Positions 21,218 through 32,107 are shown, numbered from the stretch's first letter. The stretch is 64,000 bases of DNA from an uncultured Pseudomonadota bacterium (GCA_963847705.1 CAWKBC010000021.1:256001-320000); one strand, 5' to 3'. Numbers and translations are program-made. The notes: generated by a model not told the origin, from the sequence alone.

Positions 21218-24184
21218 TCAGCCGCTCCCCTCGTCGGCGCCGGACCCGACGAGGTCGGGATTGGGATTTTCGATGCGCGCCAGGTAGATCGTGCGCGGCT
21301 GCGTTCCCTGGTCGTGTAGCACAGCGAAGCTTCGGTCCTGCTGCCGCCAGCGCACCATCGGCGTCTCGCGGTCGGTGAGCGATCCGAACTGGATCGCGCC
21401 GGTGGGGCAGGCCGCCTGGCAAGCGGTCACCACTTCGTCGGGCAGGATGTCGCGCTTGTCGATGCGAGAGCGGATGTCGGCCGCACGGATCCGCTGGACG
21501 CAGTAGGTGCACTTCTCCATCACGCCCCGCTCGCGGACCGTGACCTCGGGGTTGTAGTGCAGCTGCACGAGGCCCCGGTTGGCGCCGACCTCCTCGGAGA
21601 AGTCGAACCAGTTGAACCGTCGGACCTTGTACGGGCAGTTGTTGGAGCAGAAGCGGGTCCCGACGCAGCGGTTGTAGATCATCTCATTCAGCCCGTCCGG
21701 GCTGTGCACGGTGGCGTTGACCGGGCAGACGTATTCGCAGGGCGCCTTCTCGCAGTGCTGGCAGAGCATCGGCTGGTGCACCAGCCCGGGCTCGTCCGGG
21801 ATGCCGCTGTAGTAGGTGTCGATGCGGAGCCAGTGCATCTGGCGGTGGCGAAGCACGTTGTCCTTGCCGACGACGAGCAGGTTGTTCTCGGACTGACAGG
21901 CGACCATGCAGGCGCTACAGCCGACGCAGACGCTGAGGTCGATCGACATCGCCCATTGCGGACCGCGAAAATCGACCTCAGGCAAAATGGAATCGACCGG
22001 CCCCTTGTACTCGCGCGTGAAGCCCGGGTGCTGGCGGTATCCCTCCAACGTGTTCTTGAAAGCGATGGGACGCTCTTCCATCGAGAAATGGACCTGCGTC
22101 TGAGCCAGCAGGTGGGTGCCGTGAACCCGGCGGATCCCTTCCAGCGCCGCGTGATGCAGCGCCGCGCGCGTCCGCAACGGGTACGCGTTGAACCCGACGG
22201 CGGCCAGCTTCTCCGCCCCGGAGCGGCCGTACCCGAGCCAAACGGCCACCACGCCGTCCGCCAGCCCGGGCGCGACCAGCACCGGCGCCTTCGTGGTGGC
22301 GCCGCCGGCGCGCAGCTCGACGATGTCTTCGTCGGTCACGCCGAGGCGACGCGCGGTGGCCGCGCTCATCAGCGCGGCGTTGTCCCAGGTGAGCTTCGTG
22401 ATCGGCTCCGGTTGCTCGAGCAGCCAGGCGTTGTTGGCGAAGCGGCCGTCGTAGACGGTCGGTGACGGATAGAACTCGAGCGCGATCGCAGGATCTTCGG
22501 CCGCGGCGGGAGCGCGGAACCCCCGCACCAACCGCGCGACGGCTTCGGCGTCGGGCGTGACCGTAAGCCTGGCACCGGCGGTTCCGGCGATGAGGCCTTC
22601 CTGAATGGCGCAGCTCCAGGCGTCCTCGTCCAACCCGCCGGGGCCGATCCAATGACCGTGCAACAAACGGTACGCTTCGGGATCGGGCTCGCCGGCCAGG
22701 GCGGCCAGGATCTCGCTTTGCGTCTTGGCTCCCACCAGCGGTCGGATCAGCGGCTGGATCATCGAGACCGTCCCGTCGTAGGCGCGCGCATCGCCCCAAC
22801 TCTCGAGAAAGTGCGCAGTGGGGCCGAAGTCCGTGCAGCGATCGGCGGTCTCGTCCTCGAAGTAGCTGAACGCGAAGCTCTCGGGAACGCGCGACAGAGC
22901 ACCGGCGAAGTCGAGATCGGCGGGGGCCGCGTAGCAGGGGTTGGTGTCGAGCATCAGCAACGTCTCGAGGTGTCCACCGCGCATCTCCTCGACGAGCGTA
23001 TCGAACGGGATGAGGCCGGGATGGACGGACGGCACCGGCAGGACCGGCTCGGTGAAGAAGACGGTCTGTCCCAAATTGCCGAGGGCGGCATTCACGAGGT
23101 ACCCGAGCGCGTGAACGGCCGGCGGTTGCCGGTCGCCGACCACCACGACAGCTGCGCCGGGCCGGTTGGCCAGATCGCGCGCCACCTGCTTCACCCAGGC
23201 CTCCGCGGGGCCGCCCGGCGGTCCGGCGGCTCCGGCCGCGGCCCCCCGCACGACCGGTGGGACGGCGACCAGCGCGGCCGCGATCGCGAACGCCGTTTGA
23301 GGGATCTGGGAGACGGGGCGGCGCAAACGATGGTCGGCCATCGACCCGGTCACGCTGAGCAGGCTCTCGGCGATGTAAAGCCGGTTCATGTCGTCGGAAG
23401 GCGAGTCTTGCCGGCGGCGGTCGGACCACTGGCGCGCGTAGCGCACCGAGAAGGGGAGGCCGCAGAGAAAGTCGCAGTCGAGCGAAAGGATCGTCTTCGC
23501 CTTGCTGAAGTCGTACTGGGGCAGCAGCGGGCGGCCGAAGACGGCCCGCGTGGCCTCCAGGTGGTTGCGGGCTTCGAGGGGCGCGAAGAATGCGAACCGC
23601 GCCGCGGGGTAGCGCCCCCTCACGCGCGCGAGCAGATCGAGGAGCAGCGGCGAGGAGGTGGGCTCGAGCAAGACGCGCAGACCCGCGCCGCCGTCCGTGC
23701 GCGGACGCCAGAGCCGCCCGAACAGGTCTTCCCAAGAGACCGGCGCCTGCGCGTGGCGGGGGCTCCGCGCCCGCATGTCATCGTAGAGTTGCCGGACGGC
23801 CGCCTGCTGGAACATGTTGGTGCCGCCAAGGGTGGCGGGGTGCTGGAGGTTGGCTTCGATCTTCGTCGGCCGCCCCTCGTGACTCTCGACGAGGAGGCCG
23901 CTCGCGTACCCGTCCATGACCATCGACGTCGCGTAGAACGTGGCCTCGCTTGGCAGCACATGCGGGGGCTGTCTGGTGTAGGGGAGAATCTTGCGGGGCC
24001 GGTCGAGCGCGCACCCGCCGAGCCCCGCTAGGCTCAGCGTCGCGCCGGTGAGCTGCATGAAGAGACGACGGTCGATCTCCGGCCGTTCGAGCTCCGCATC
24101 CGAAAACTCGGAGGACGGTTCTTCCGCCGATCTCCGCGCGCCGCTGCGGATCTGATAGAGGGCCTCCATGGCGTGCGTCTTCAT
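21218..24184 (-). CDS. actB: ACIII subunit ActB (molybdopterin-oxidoreductase-like plus Fe-S domain, Tat signal)
   Basis: DRRLFMQL Tat motif, EGRPTKIE, ITKLTWDNAA, CVGCSAC, CQHCEKAPC, CVGTRFCSNNCPY, MEKCTYC. Confidence 0.93.
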   Translation of the reverse strand: MKTHAMEALYQIRSGARRSAEEPSSEFSDAELERPEIDRRLFMQLTGATLSLAGLGGCALDRPRKILPYTRQPPHVLPSEATFYATSMVMDGYASGLLVESHEGRPTKIEANLQHPATLGGTNMFQQAAVRQLYDDMRARSPRHAQAPVSWEDLFGRLWRPRTDGGAGLRVLLEPTSSPLLLDLLARVRGRYPAARFAFFAPLEARNHLEATRAVFGRPLLPQYDFSKAKTILSLDCDFLCGLPFSVRYARQWSDRRRQDSPSDDMNRLYIAESLLSVTGSMADHRLRRPVSQIPQTAFAIAAALVAVPPVVRGAAAGAAGPPGGPAEAWVKQVARDLANRPGAAVVVVGDRQPPAVHALGYLVNAALGNLGQTVFFTEPVLPVPSVHPGLIPFDTLVEEMRGGHLETLLMLDTNPCYAAPADLDFAGALSRVPESFAFSYFEDETADRCTDFGPTAHFLESWGDARAYDGTVSMIQPLIRPLVGAKTQSEILAALAGEPDPEAYRLLHGHWIGPGGLDEDAWSCAIQEGLIAGTAGARLTVTPDAEAVARLVRGFRAPAAAEDPAIALEFYPSPTVYDGRFANNAWLLEQPEPITKLTWDNAALMSAATARRLGVTDEDIVELRAGGATTKAPVLVAPGLADGVVAVWLGYGRSGAEKLAAVGFNAYPLRTRAALHHAALEGIRRVHGTHLLAQTQVHFSMEERPIAFKNTLEGYRQHPGFTREYKGPVDSILPEVDFRGPQWAMSIDLSVCVGCSACMVACQSENNLLVVGKDNVLRHRQMHWLRIDTYYSGIPDEPGLVHQPMLCQHCEKAPCEYVCPVNATVHSPDGLNEMIYNRCVGTRFCSNNCPYKVRRFNWFDFSEEVGANRGLVQLHYNPEVTVRERGVMEKCTYCVQRIRAADIRSRIDKRDILPDEVVTACQAACPTGAIQFGSLTDRETPMVRWRQQDRSFAVLHDQGTQPRTIYLARIENPNPDLVGSGADEGSG

Positions 24185-24193
24185 GAACGGCGA

Positions 24194-24838
24194 TCAGCGG
24201 TGACACGTGGTGCAGGTCTGCAGGTGCTTGACAGGCTGGACGTGGCCAACGGGGTGCTTGGCGCCTCCGGGGAGCTTCTGGGGAAACTCGGCCGCGAGCA
24301 GGGGGGCGTTCGCATAGCGGTCGGGTTGTCGCGCGTGGCAGTCGAGACACCATCCCATCGTGAACATCCGCTCCTTGCGGTCGATCGGCATCGCCGCGAC
24401 GTCGCCGTGGCACTGCGCGCACGCGATGCCGTTCTTCACATGCACCGCGTGATTGAAGAACACGAAGTCCGGGACCAGATGGACCCGGTTCCAGGGAATA
24501 GGTTGTCCCGAGAAGTAGCTTCGCCGAACCGGCTCCAGCATCGGACTCTGATTCCAGATCTGGCTGTGGCACCCCATGCACACCTCGGTGGCCGGGACAC
24601 CGGCGTAGGCCGTGCGATCGGCGCCGTCATGGCAGTAGAGACACTGGATACCGTCGTCCTTGACGTGGTGCCGGTGATCGAACTGCACCGGCTGCATTAC
24701 GTCGAAGTCGCGATTCAGGTTGTACGGCGTACGGACATAGACCATCGGAACCACGAACACGCCCGGAATCGAAACGCCCAGGACTCCGATGGCAATTCGG
24801 AGCGCGGTGTCGGACCAAACGGGGAACAGCGCGGGCAC
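24194..24838 (-). CDS. actA: ACIII pentaheme cytochrome c ActA
   Basis: Five CxxCH motifs (CLYCH, CMGCH, CAQCH, CLDCH, CTTCH), QPVQFDHRHH, N-terminal TM. Confidence 0.93.
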   Translation of the reverse strand: MPALFPVWSDTALRIAIGVLGVSIPGVFVVPMVYVRTPYNLNRDFDVMQPVQFDHRHHVKDDGIQCLYCHDGADRTAYAGVPATEVCMGCHSQIWNQSPMLEPVRRSYFSGQPIPWNRVHLVPDFVFFNHAVHVKNGIACAQCHGDVAAMPIDRKERMFTMGWCLDCHARQPDRYANAPLLAAEFPQKLPGGAKHPVGHVQPVKHLQTCTTCHR

Positions 24839-24929
24839 GCGTCTGTGGTGGGGCCCCCTAGGGATCGGTCAATGGGATGCCTGACGGGGCTCCGGTTTTA
24901 CGAACTAGTCTGATGGGTGCTCGACCCGA

Positions 24930-25262
24930 TTGCGCCCGCAGTCTCCCGTCCCTAAATGGCGCTTTGTGATCTTGGTGATCAGCGCAGTCTGGGCGGCATT
25001 CATCTGGCCGCCCCTCGGCCTCGGCATGGGACTCGTCCTGGCGCTCGCATCGAAGGAGCGCGCGACTGCGTCGGCTGTCCTCTACCCGATCGCCGGCATG
25101 ATCGGCGCCTCCGCCGGCGGGCTACTCACGTACCTGTTCACCCACGAGCGGGCATTGCTGGGCGGCTTTTGGACCAGCATCATCACCAGCATGCTTGGAG
25201 GGATGGTCTTCTTGGGCCTTTGCAAGGCCTGGATCGAATCACGTCGGCCGAGAGCGACGTGA
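24930..25262 (+). CDS. Hypothetical membrane protein
   Basis: Three to four hydrophobic segments. Confidence 0.55.
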   Translation: MRPQSPVPKWRFVILVISAVWAAFIWPPLGLGMGLVLALASKERATASAVLYPIAGMIGASAGGLLTYLFTHERALLGGFWTSIITSMLGGMVFLGLCKAWIESRRPRAT

Positions 25263-25282
25263 TTCGTCCATCCGCGAAGGGT

Positions 25283-25849
25283 TTATCGATTGTTCTCATT
25301 CGTTCCGGACTTCGAACCCGAGTTCCCCGTCTCGGGTGTGCTTCCGGAGTGACCGTTGTCGCTGTTTCCGATCTTGTGAATCCTGCGGACCTGACCGCCG
25401 TTTGTGCTCGAGGTCGTGCCACCGGCCTGATTCGAAGCGTGGTTCTGTCCCGAGCCGCTCTGGCTCGCGGCATTCGTTCGTTGGCCGCCTTCGAACACCG
25501 CCGCAGCGAAATAGTCGAGCTGGACTATGTCACCCTTCTTGAGGGAATCGAAGCCGGGAGTGCCTGCGGAGATCGCGACCGTGCTCTCGGTGCCGTCGGG
25601 CGCACGTAGCATGAGGTTGCGATCCTTCTTGTTGACGCTCTCGACGGTAAAGGGGCCGCTGGTGGCCTCTTCCTCTGCGAAGCCGACGGGCGCCGTTTGT
25701 TGTCCTGCGGTCTGGGTTCCCGAGGCCTTGGACGGAGCCGCGGCCGAGGTTGACGGCTTTTGGCCGCCAGAATTGGACTCGGCCAGCGCCGCACCGCCAC
25801 CAACCGCCATCAGAAAGCTGACTGAAATTGCTCCGAGTGTCTTGCGCAT
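25283..25849 (-). CDS. Hypothetical exported protein
   Basis: RBS GGAGG, signal peptide ending ALA, small beta-rich core (..LKKGDIVQLDY). Confidence 0.7.
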   Translation of the reverse strand: MRKTLGAISVSFLMAVGGGAALAESNSGGQKPSTSAAAPSKASGTQTAGQQTAPVGFAEEEATSGPFTVESVNKKDRNLMLRAPDGTESTVAISAGTPGFDSLKKGDIVQLDYFAAAVFEGGQRTNAASQSGSGQNHASNQAGGTTSSTNGGQVRRIHKIGNSDNGHSGSTPETGNSGSKSGTNENNR

Positions 25850-26326
25850 CTCGCACCTCCTGTTTGGAATATGGCCGTCCTCGAGGATCCAACAAGTTGA
25901 TCCGGAGGCATTCCCACCTTGATCACGACCCTCGGGACGGTGTGTTGCTCACACCGCCCTCGTTGTGCGGCGAGCTGGCTGCCGGCTCGGGCGGAGATGG
26001 TCGAGCTTCGCGTTACCCGATTCGCAAAGAGTGGGACGCCACGGCTGCCGTGGTGGCCGGCGCCAATCGAGCAGGGGGGCGCCGAAGCGCTTCTTGCTCT
26101 TCAAGGAAGGACCGTCGCCGGGACGGTGCCGCCGGTGACGACACTGACTGTTGCTTGCGCCGGTGCGTTGCCAGTCCCCACCACCTAGGCGCCGCCGTCG
26201 AGGTGCAGTGACACCGTCTGCTGGTGGTTGCCGGTTCGCTGCCGGGCAGAGCGCGAAGTTCGCGCCGCAGGCACTGACCTACGGGGAGACGATGGCTATC
26301 TTTGTCCGCGCCCCGGGAGGGCGAAT

Positions 26327-26839
26327 ATGACAATCAAGATTCTAACGGTCGGTTTTTTGCAGGTGGTGGTGGGGGTCGGCGTTTCTCTGTGGTGCGCTCC
26401 GGGTGCGCGCGCCGCCGAGCCGCCCGATACGGCCACGGTTCTCGATAAGCTCCATCAATCGGATCAGAAGGAGATCGCCGCCGGGAAGGTGGCCAAAAAA
26501 AGCGGCACCTCCCGACAGGTGAAGGACTTCGGCAAGATGCTGGAGAAGGACCACAAAGCGGCTGACAAGAAGGTCGTGGCCTTGGCCAAGCAGGAGCAGA
26601 TCACCCTCACCAGCGCGGCGCCCGGCGACATGAGCAGCATGGCGTCCGAACCGACGTTCGACACCAAGTTTGCGCAGGAGATGATCGACGACCACAAGAA
26701 GGCCATTGCGGAGGTGACCGAGGCGCGCGACACGACAGCCGACCCGAAGCTCAAGAAGCTGTTGACGGAACTGCTCCCTACGCTGAAAAAGCACGAGGAG
26801 ACCGCGCAGAAGATCGTCGACACGGAGACGAAGAAATAG
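26327..26839 (+). CDS. DUF4142 family exported protein
   Basis: Signal peptide; EIAAGKVA, VKDFGKMLEKDH, FDTKFAQEMIDDH, LPTLKKH. Confidence 0.88.
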   Translation: MTIKILTVGFLQVVVGVGVSLWCAPGARAAEPPDTATVLDKLHQSDQKEIAAGKVAKKSGTSRQVKDFGKMLEKDHKAADKKVVALAKQEQITLTSAAPGDMSSMASEPTFDTKFAQEMIDDHKKAIAEVTEARDTTADPKLKKLLTELLPTLKKHEETAQKIVDTETKK

Positions 26840-27139
26840 TCGTTACCGGACGATGTGGTCGAGCCTGTGCTGACCTTGTACCTCAAATCATCGTCCCCAA
26901 GTTCGACACTCGAACATGGGTGCAGGCGTAATCAAGTCAGTGTTGCGCCTGTGGCTCCAGTTGTCGACTGTCCTGTGGGCCGCATCCAAGGTCACTGCCC
27001 GCAAGATCCTGGATGACCAGACAAAGAGACCGCATACCTAGCTGACGGACACAGAGGCGACGACGTTGTCATTCACTAAGCTGCGCCGACAAGGTGCGCG
27101 CGATGCCGTTGGCCCGAAGGTGGCACGGACCGATCGCGA

Positions 27140-29347
27140 ATGACGACGGCCCACAGCACGTTGATCGCACTGCGTCCGCGCGGCCAACACCACAGCATCA
27201 GCCGGGGTCGCACCGTATTGACGACCGCCCTCGACGGTTCCGTCCAGCCGCAGAGCAATCAGGGTCTGTGGATCTACCAGGCACGCGTGCTTTCGCGATA
27301 TCGCTGGCTGATCGGCGGTCGCGCGCCGACGTTCAGCGCGCTGTCGGCCGTCGAGCAGCATCGCGATCTTGCCTACTACATCTGTGCACCGTCCGAGTGT
27401 GGGGGCGACACCCCGAGCTGTGATCCTGCGCAGCAGTCCATCGAGCTCCGAGTCGCGCGCACGGTCGGTGAAGGGCTGCGCGAGGAGGTGACGCTCGTCA
27501 ACCACACTCAAATGCGGACCACGTTCGAGCTCGGGTTGGAGCTGGACTCGGACTTCGCCGACCCCGCCGAAGTGGACAGTCCGCGCCAGCAAGCCGGCGA
27601 TCTCTCCGTTCACTGTGATCCCCAGCGTCTAGCCAGCTTCTTGACCTTCGACTACCGCGCCCGACACCGGTACAGCCATCAAGGCGACACGGGTACTGCA
27701 TCCTTGTACCGCGCCATTCGCCTGGGGGTAACACACGATCAGGAGCCGCCTGCCTATCGCGGCGGATCCCTGCGCTTTCGGATTCACCTCGATCCGAGAG
27801 CGACCTGGCGCGCGACGTTGCTCTGGACGGCGCAGCTCGAAGGGCGAGACCTTCCCTTCTGGGACGGCGAGGCAGATCGCAAGCGCGACGCGTTCCGCGC
27901 TTCTTCGGCGTATTACGGATCGTCGTTTGACGCGACCGCGGCCACGCCGGTTCTGCAAGCTCTCGCGCGGGCGACCTCGGACCTGGCGGCGTTGCGGCTG
28001 CTCGATCTCGACGGTGAAGACGCCCTTGGACCGACCTGGATTCCGGCCGCCGGAATACCGATGTACTTAGGCCTCTTCGGGCGCGACATCCTCTTTTCGG
28101 CCCGTCAGGCCGCCTCCCTGGACGCGGTGTCGATGCGGGGCGCGCTCGCGACGCTCGCCGGGCACCTCGGAACGAAGGTCGACGACTGGCGCGACGAGCA
28201 ACCGGGACGGATGGTCCACGAGATGCACACGAACCCGCTTTCCGTGCTCGAATACGACCCGCACGGGCGCTACTTCGGGACGGTATCGGGCTCGCTCTTT
28301 TTCCCTTCGCTGGTGGCCGAGCTCTGGCGATGGACCGGAGACGAGGCGTTGATTCGCCCCTTGGTCGAGCCCGCGCTGCGCGGGTTGCGGTGGGCCGACA
28401 GCTGGAGCCGCGACGAGAGCGGATTTTACCGGTATCGGACCCGTTCGGAGCAGGGGGAGAAGAACCAGGGATGGAAGGACTCCGACGACGCCATCGTCCA
28501 TGCCGACGGTTCGCAGGTCTCCGCTCCCCTCGGGACCTGCGAGATGCAGGCCTACGCCTACGGCTCGAAGGTCGGCCTCGGCGAGGTTCTCGCCGCGCTC
28601 GGCGAAAAGGACGCGGCGGCGCGGCTGGCAGCGGAGGCGGCCGAGCTCAAGCGGCGCTTCAACGACGGTTTTTGGATGGAGGAAGAGGGCTGTCTGGCAA
28701 TGGGCATCGACGCTGGAAACCAGCCCATTCGCTCCATCGCCTCCGATCCGGCGCATTGTCTGCTCAACGGGATCGTCGACGATGCGTTGAGGAACAAGGT
28801 GGCGGCGCGCCTGATGAAGGACGACATGTTCTCGGGATGGGGTCTCCGCACGCTCTCCTCCGCGCATCCCGCTTACAATCCATTCTCGTATCACCGCGGG
28901 TCGGTCTGGCCAGTCGAGAGCGCGATGTTCGTCATGGCACTCGCCAAGTGCGGTCTCGAGAGTGACATGAACCGGCTGGCGAAAGCGATCTTCGAGGCGT
29001 CGGAGCTGTTTCAGTTCCATCGGCTCCCGGAGGTCTTTGGCGGCCACCAGCGCGACGAGGAGCATCCATTCCCGGGGCTCTATCCGAAGGCGAACTCCCC
29101 GCAGGCATGGTCGGCCTCTGCACCGTTCTTGATGATGCAGGCGATCTTGGGGATTGAGCCGGACGCTCCGCACGCGCGCCTGACCGTCGACCCCCATCTC
29201 CCCGACTGGCTGCCGGAGATTCGCGTTTGCCGTCTGCGGGTGGGGAAGGCCGTCGTCGACATCGCGTTCAGGCGCGAAGACGACGGAAGAACCTCGTTTG
29301 AAGTGCTCCGCCTCGAGGGAGCCCTGTCCGTGGTTCGGGCCGAGTAG
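27140..29347 (+). CDS. Glycogen-debranching / amylo-alpha-1,6-glucosidase family protein
   Basis: AAGIP..LFGRD, EQPGRMVHE, NQGWKDS, SYHRGSVWP, RLPEVFGG, PQAWSA. Confidence 0.9.
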   Translation: MTTAHSTLIALRPRGQHHSISRGRTVLTTALDGSVQPQSNQGLWIYQARVLSRYRWLIGGRAPTFSALSAVEQHRDLAYYICAPSECGGDTPSCDPAQQSIELRVARTVGEGLREEVTLVNHTQMRTTFELGLELDSDFADPAEVDSPRQQAGDLSVHCDPQRLASFLTFDYRARHRYSHQGDTGTASLYRAIRLGVTHDQEPPAYRGGSLRFRIHLDPRATWRATLLWTAQLEGRDLPFWDGEADRKRDAFRASSAYYGSSFDATAATPVLQALARATSDLAALRLLDLDGEDALGPTWIPAAGIPMYLGLFGRDILFSARQAASLDAVSMRGALATLAGHLGTKVDDWRDEQPGRMVHEMHTNPLSVLEYDPHGRYFGTVSGSLFFPSLVAELWRWTGDEALIRPLVEPALRGLRWADSWSRDESGFYRYRTRSEQGEKNQGWKDSDDAIVHADGSQVSAPLGTCEMQAYAYGSKVGLGEVLAALGEKDAAARLAAEAAELKRRFNDGFWMEEEGCLAMGIDAGNQPIRSIASDPAHCLLNGIVDDALRNKVAARLMKDDMFSGWGLRTLSSAHPAYNPFSYHRGSVWPVESAMFVMALAKCGLESDMNRLAKAIFEASELFQFHRLPEVFGGHQRDEEHPFPGLYPKANSPQAWSASAPFLMMQAILGIEPDAPHARLTVDPHLPDWLPEIRVCRLRVGKAVVDIAFRREDDGRTSFEVLRLEGALSVVRAE

Positions 29348-29401
29348 GCCCGTCTCAGCCGCCCCGCAAAATCATCGCCGCGAACCAGCAGGTAAAGGAC
29401 G

Positions 29402-29824
29402 ATGATCGCGGCGCCGCAGGCGCAAGCGAAAGCCGATCAAGGCCAGCGCGATCACGGTGAGGACGCCGAGCCCCCACGTTGCCCCGATGATCTGCGGCCC
29501 AACCGGGCCGATCCCGATGATCAGCCCTGGCAAGAAGATGCCGAGCCGGCGACCGATACGGGCTACATCCAGAGCGTCGACGGCGAGACGTTATTGAGCA
29601 TAGGGCGGAAGGAGTCGATCGTCGTCCGGCTGGATCGCGCGATCGGAGACTTCGTCATCGAAGGAACGCCGTTGGTCTCGATCACCGACAAAGCGCCCAC
29701 CAAGGAGCTCGTTCAACAGGTGACCGGTGCTTACACTCGCCTGCGTGTTTGGCGCCGATTGACTCAGGCGTTTGCGCTCCTAGGTTCACGAAGACGAAAT
29801 GCGTCGTGGGACGGCCATGTGTGA
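29402..29824 (+). pseudogene. Internal fragment of a DUF2254-like membrane protein
   Basis: TGYIQSVDGETLL..VVRLDRAIGDFVIEGTPLV resembles the DUF2254 soluble segment; the TM N-terminus and the C-terminus are missing. Confidence 0.5.
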
Positions 29825-29836
29825 TCCAACCAGTCC

Positions 29837-30289
29837 ATGAGGACTATCGGACGCGGCCTCCTCGCGGGCCTAGCCGGCACGCTCGCGCTCTCGATTTTCG
29901 AGCGTCTCGAGCGTCGCCTCCTCGGGCGAGAACCTGTCTACGCGCCCCATCGCGTCGCGGGCCGTCTGGCGGCCCGGTTCGGGATCGGGTTGAGCGCGAC
30001 CTCCGCCCGCCGGCTCGGATGGGCGTTGCGCGCGGTGTATGGCCCTTCGCTGGGTGTCGCGGGCGCGTGGCTGGATCCCCGGACCAGCCATCGTGCGAGC
30101 CGCGTTCTCCGTCACGGCCTCGCGATCTCGGTGTTCGAGCTGGCGGCGTTGCCTTTGGTCGGTGCGGTGCCGCCCCTGGCCAAGTGGCCGCTCTCCGAGC
30201 TGCTGCTCCTCGCCGCGCACGCCACGGCCTTCGCCACTGGGGCGGAGCTCGCCGCGGGTCCGCTCGGCTCCCTGGTCGCCCGGAGGTGA
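29837..30289 (+). CDS. Hypothetical membrane protein
   Basis: RGLLAGLAGT N-terminus and several hydrophobic segments. Confidence 0.65.
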   Translation: MRTIGRGLLAGLAGTLALSIFERLERRLLGREPVYAPHRVAGRLAARFGIGLSATSARRLGWALRAVYGPSLGVAGAWLDPRTSHRASRVLRHGLAISVFELAALPLVGAVPPLAKWPLSELLLLAAHATAFATGAELAAGPLGSLVARR

Positions 30290-30505
30290 CGTCTCGTCCG
30301 TCAGATCTTCCGTCCGAAGCAGGGGCGCGCCAAGGGTGGCAGCGCGAGCGATGATCTCCGCCTCGGCCGTTCGAGCGCGCTCGAAGGGATTGACATCAGC
30401 GGGCGCAGACGGCTACCGGCGGTCAGGGATTCAGGGCGGGGGGACGAGCCCCCGACGCGGGGTCTCCGAGGACCTTCTCGCCGGTCAGCGTCGCGGAGAT
30501 CCAAC

Positions 30506-30886
30506 TCAGTCGGTTCCGGCGAACGCGATGGTGCTCAGCAACGCATTGGCGGACTGACGTGAATCGAGGCGAGTGTGTTGTACCACCACGGGGACGTCGG
30601 ACTCAATGACGCTGCTGAAGTCGGTGCCCGGCGGAACGGTCTCCGGATCGTCGAGCTCATTGAAGCGCACGTGCTTGGTCCGGCGCGGTCCGATCTTGAG
30701 CTTGAAGGGTCCCGCCGGATCGCGATCGCTGTAGAACACGGTGATCGTGACGTGCGCCTCCTGGTCGGAGGCATTGAGGATGCAGGCGGTTTCGTGGCTG
30801 GTGAACTCCGGGGCGGGACCGTGGCTCCCCTCGGGGATGTAACCCTCGGCGATTGCCCAGCGTCTGCGTCCGATCGTCAGTGACAT
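30506..30886 (-). CDS. Anabaena sensory rhodopsin transducer (ASRT) family protein
   Basis: IGRRRWAIAEGYIP, SHETACILN, RRTKHVRFNEL, VVVQHTRLDSRQ. Confidence 0.9.
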   Translation of the reverse strand: MSLTIGRRRWAIAEGYIPEGSHGPAPEFTSHETACILNASDQEAHVTITVFYSDRDPAGPFKLKIGPRRTKHVRFNELDDPETVPPGTDFSSVIESDVPVVVQHTRLDSRQSANALLSTIAFAGTD

Positions 30887-30978
30887 GGTCGATACCTCTA
30901 CAGTCAAGGTGCAGACGTCGTTGGCGGGACACAAGGTGTCCGGCTTGTTTATCTGCGCGATACTCCCATGATCAACTG

Positions 30979-32103
30979 ATGAACAGAGAGACGCCCCCCC
31001 CGCGCGATCTGTCGGGTGGGCCGGCCGTCAAGACGCTGCAGGTCTCAACCTACGTGATTCCCACCGACGCGCCTGAATCGGATGGGACGCTGGAATGGGA
31101 CCGGACGACGCTGGTCCTCGTCGAGGTCTCGGCTGGCGACGTCAGGGGAATTGGGTACACCTACGCCGACACGGCGACAGCCGAGGTTGCGCGTGCGCAT
31201 CTGTCGTCCGTTGTCGTGGGCCAGGACGTCTTCGCCACCGCCGCGATCTACGCCAAGATGGTTCAATCCATCCGCAACCTCGGCCGTCCGGGGATCGCGT
31301 CGATGGCGATCTCGGCGGTCGACGCGGCCCTGTGGGACGTCAAGGCACGGCTGCTGGGGGTGCCGCTTTTCAGACTTCTCGGGGAGGCGCGCCCGGAGGT
31401 CGCTGTCTACGGCAGCGGGGGGTTCACGTCGTACGGACCCGCCCGGCTCACCGAGCAGCTGGGCGGCTGGGCCGCCGAAGGCTTGCGGTTCGTGAAGATG
31501 AAGGTGGGAAGGCAGCCGGGCGACGATCCGGCTCGGGTGCATACTGCACGTGAGGCGATCGGTCCCGACACCCAGCTCTTCGTCGACGCGAACGGCGCTT
31601 ACAGTCGGAAGCAGGCGCTGGCCCTGGCCGAACGGTTCGCCGCCGAGGACGTCCGGTGGTTCGAGGAGCCGGTCAGCTCCAACGATCTCCAGGGCCTGCG
31701 CCTCTTGCGCGATCGCGGGCCGGCCGGGATGGCGATCGCGGCCGGGGAGTACGGCTACGATCCCTTTTACTTCCGGCGCATGCTGGAGGCGGGCGCCGTC
31801 GACGTGCTACAGGCCGACGCCTCGCGCTGCGGCGGCGTCACCGGCTTTCTGCTCGCGCACGCGCTCTGCGAGGCCCAGGGAATGGCCCTCTCCGCGCACT
31901 GCGCGCCTGCGCTGCACATGCACCTCGGCTGCGCGCTCAACCGGCTCTGCCACCTCGAATACTTCTACGACCATCAGCGCATCGAGCGGATGCTGTTCGA
32001 AGGGGCGATCGTTCCGAGCGGCGGAGCGCTGGCGCCCGACCGCAGCCGTCCCGGGCTCGGCCTCGAATTCAAGCACCAGGACGCGCGGCGCTTCGCGGTC
32101 TGA
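30979..32103 (+). CDS. Mandelate racemase / enolase superfamily enzyme
   Basis: KMKVG, VDANG, WFEEP, AGEY, QAD, SAHC. Confidence 0.9.
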   Translation: MNRETPPPRDLSGGPAVKTLQVSTYVIPTDAPESDGTLEWDRTTLVLVEVSAGDVRGIGYTYADTATAEVARAHLSSVVVGQDVFATAAIYAKMVQSIRNLGRPGIASMAISAVDAALWDVKARLLGVPLFRLLGEARPEVAVYGSGGFTSYGPARLTEQLGGWAAEGLRFVKMKVGRQPGDDPARVHTAREAIGPDTQLFVDANGAYSRKQALALAERFAAEDVRWFEEPVSSNDLQGLRLLRDRGPAGMAIAAGEYGYDPFYFRRMLEAGAVDVLQADASRCGGVTGFLLAHALCEAQGMALSAHCAPALHMHLGCALNRLCHLEYFYDHQRIERMLFEGAIVPSGGALAPDRSRPGLGLEFKHQDARRFAV

Positions 32104-32107
32104 TCGA

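Noticed and set aside
11939-24913. Multiple long plus-strand ORFs across the respiratory operon
   Set aside because: Antisense shadows of well-supported act/cox genes.
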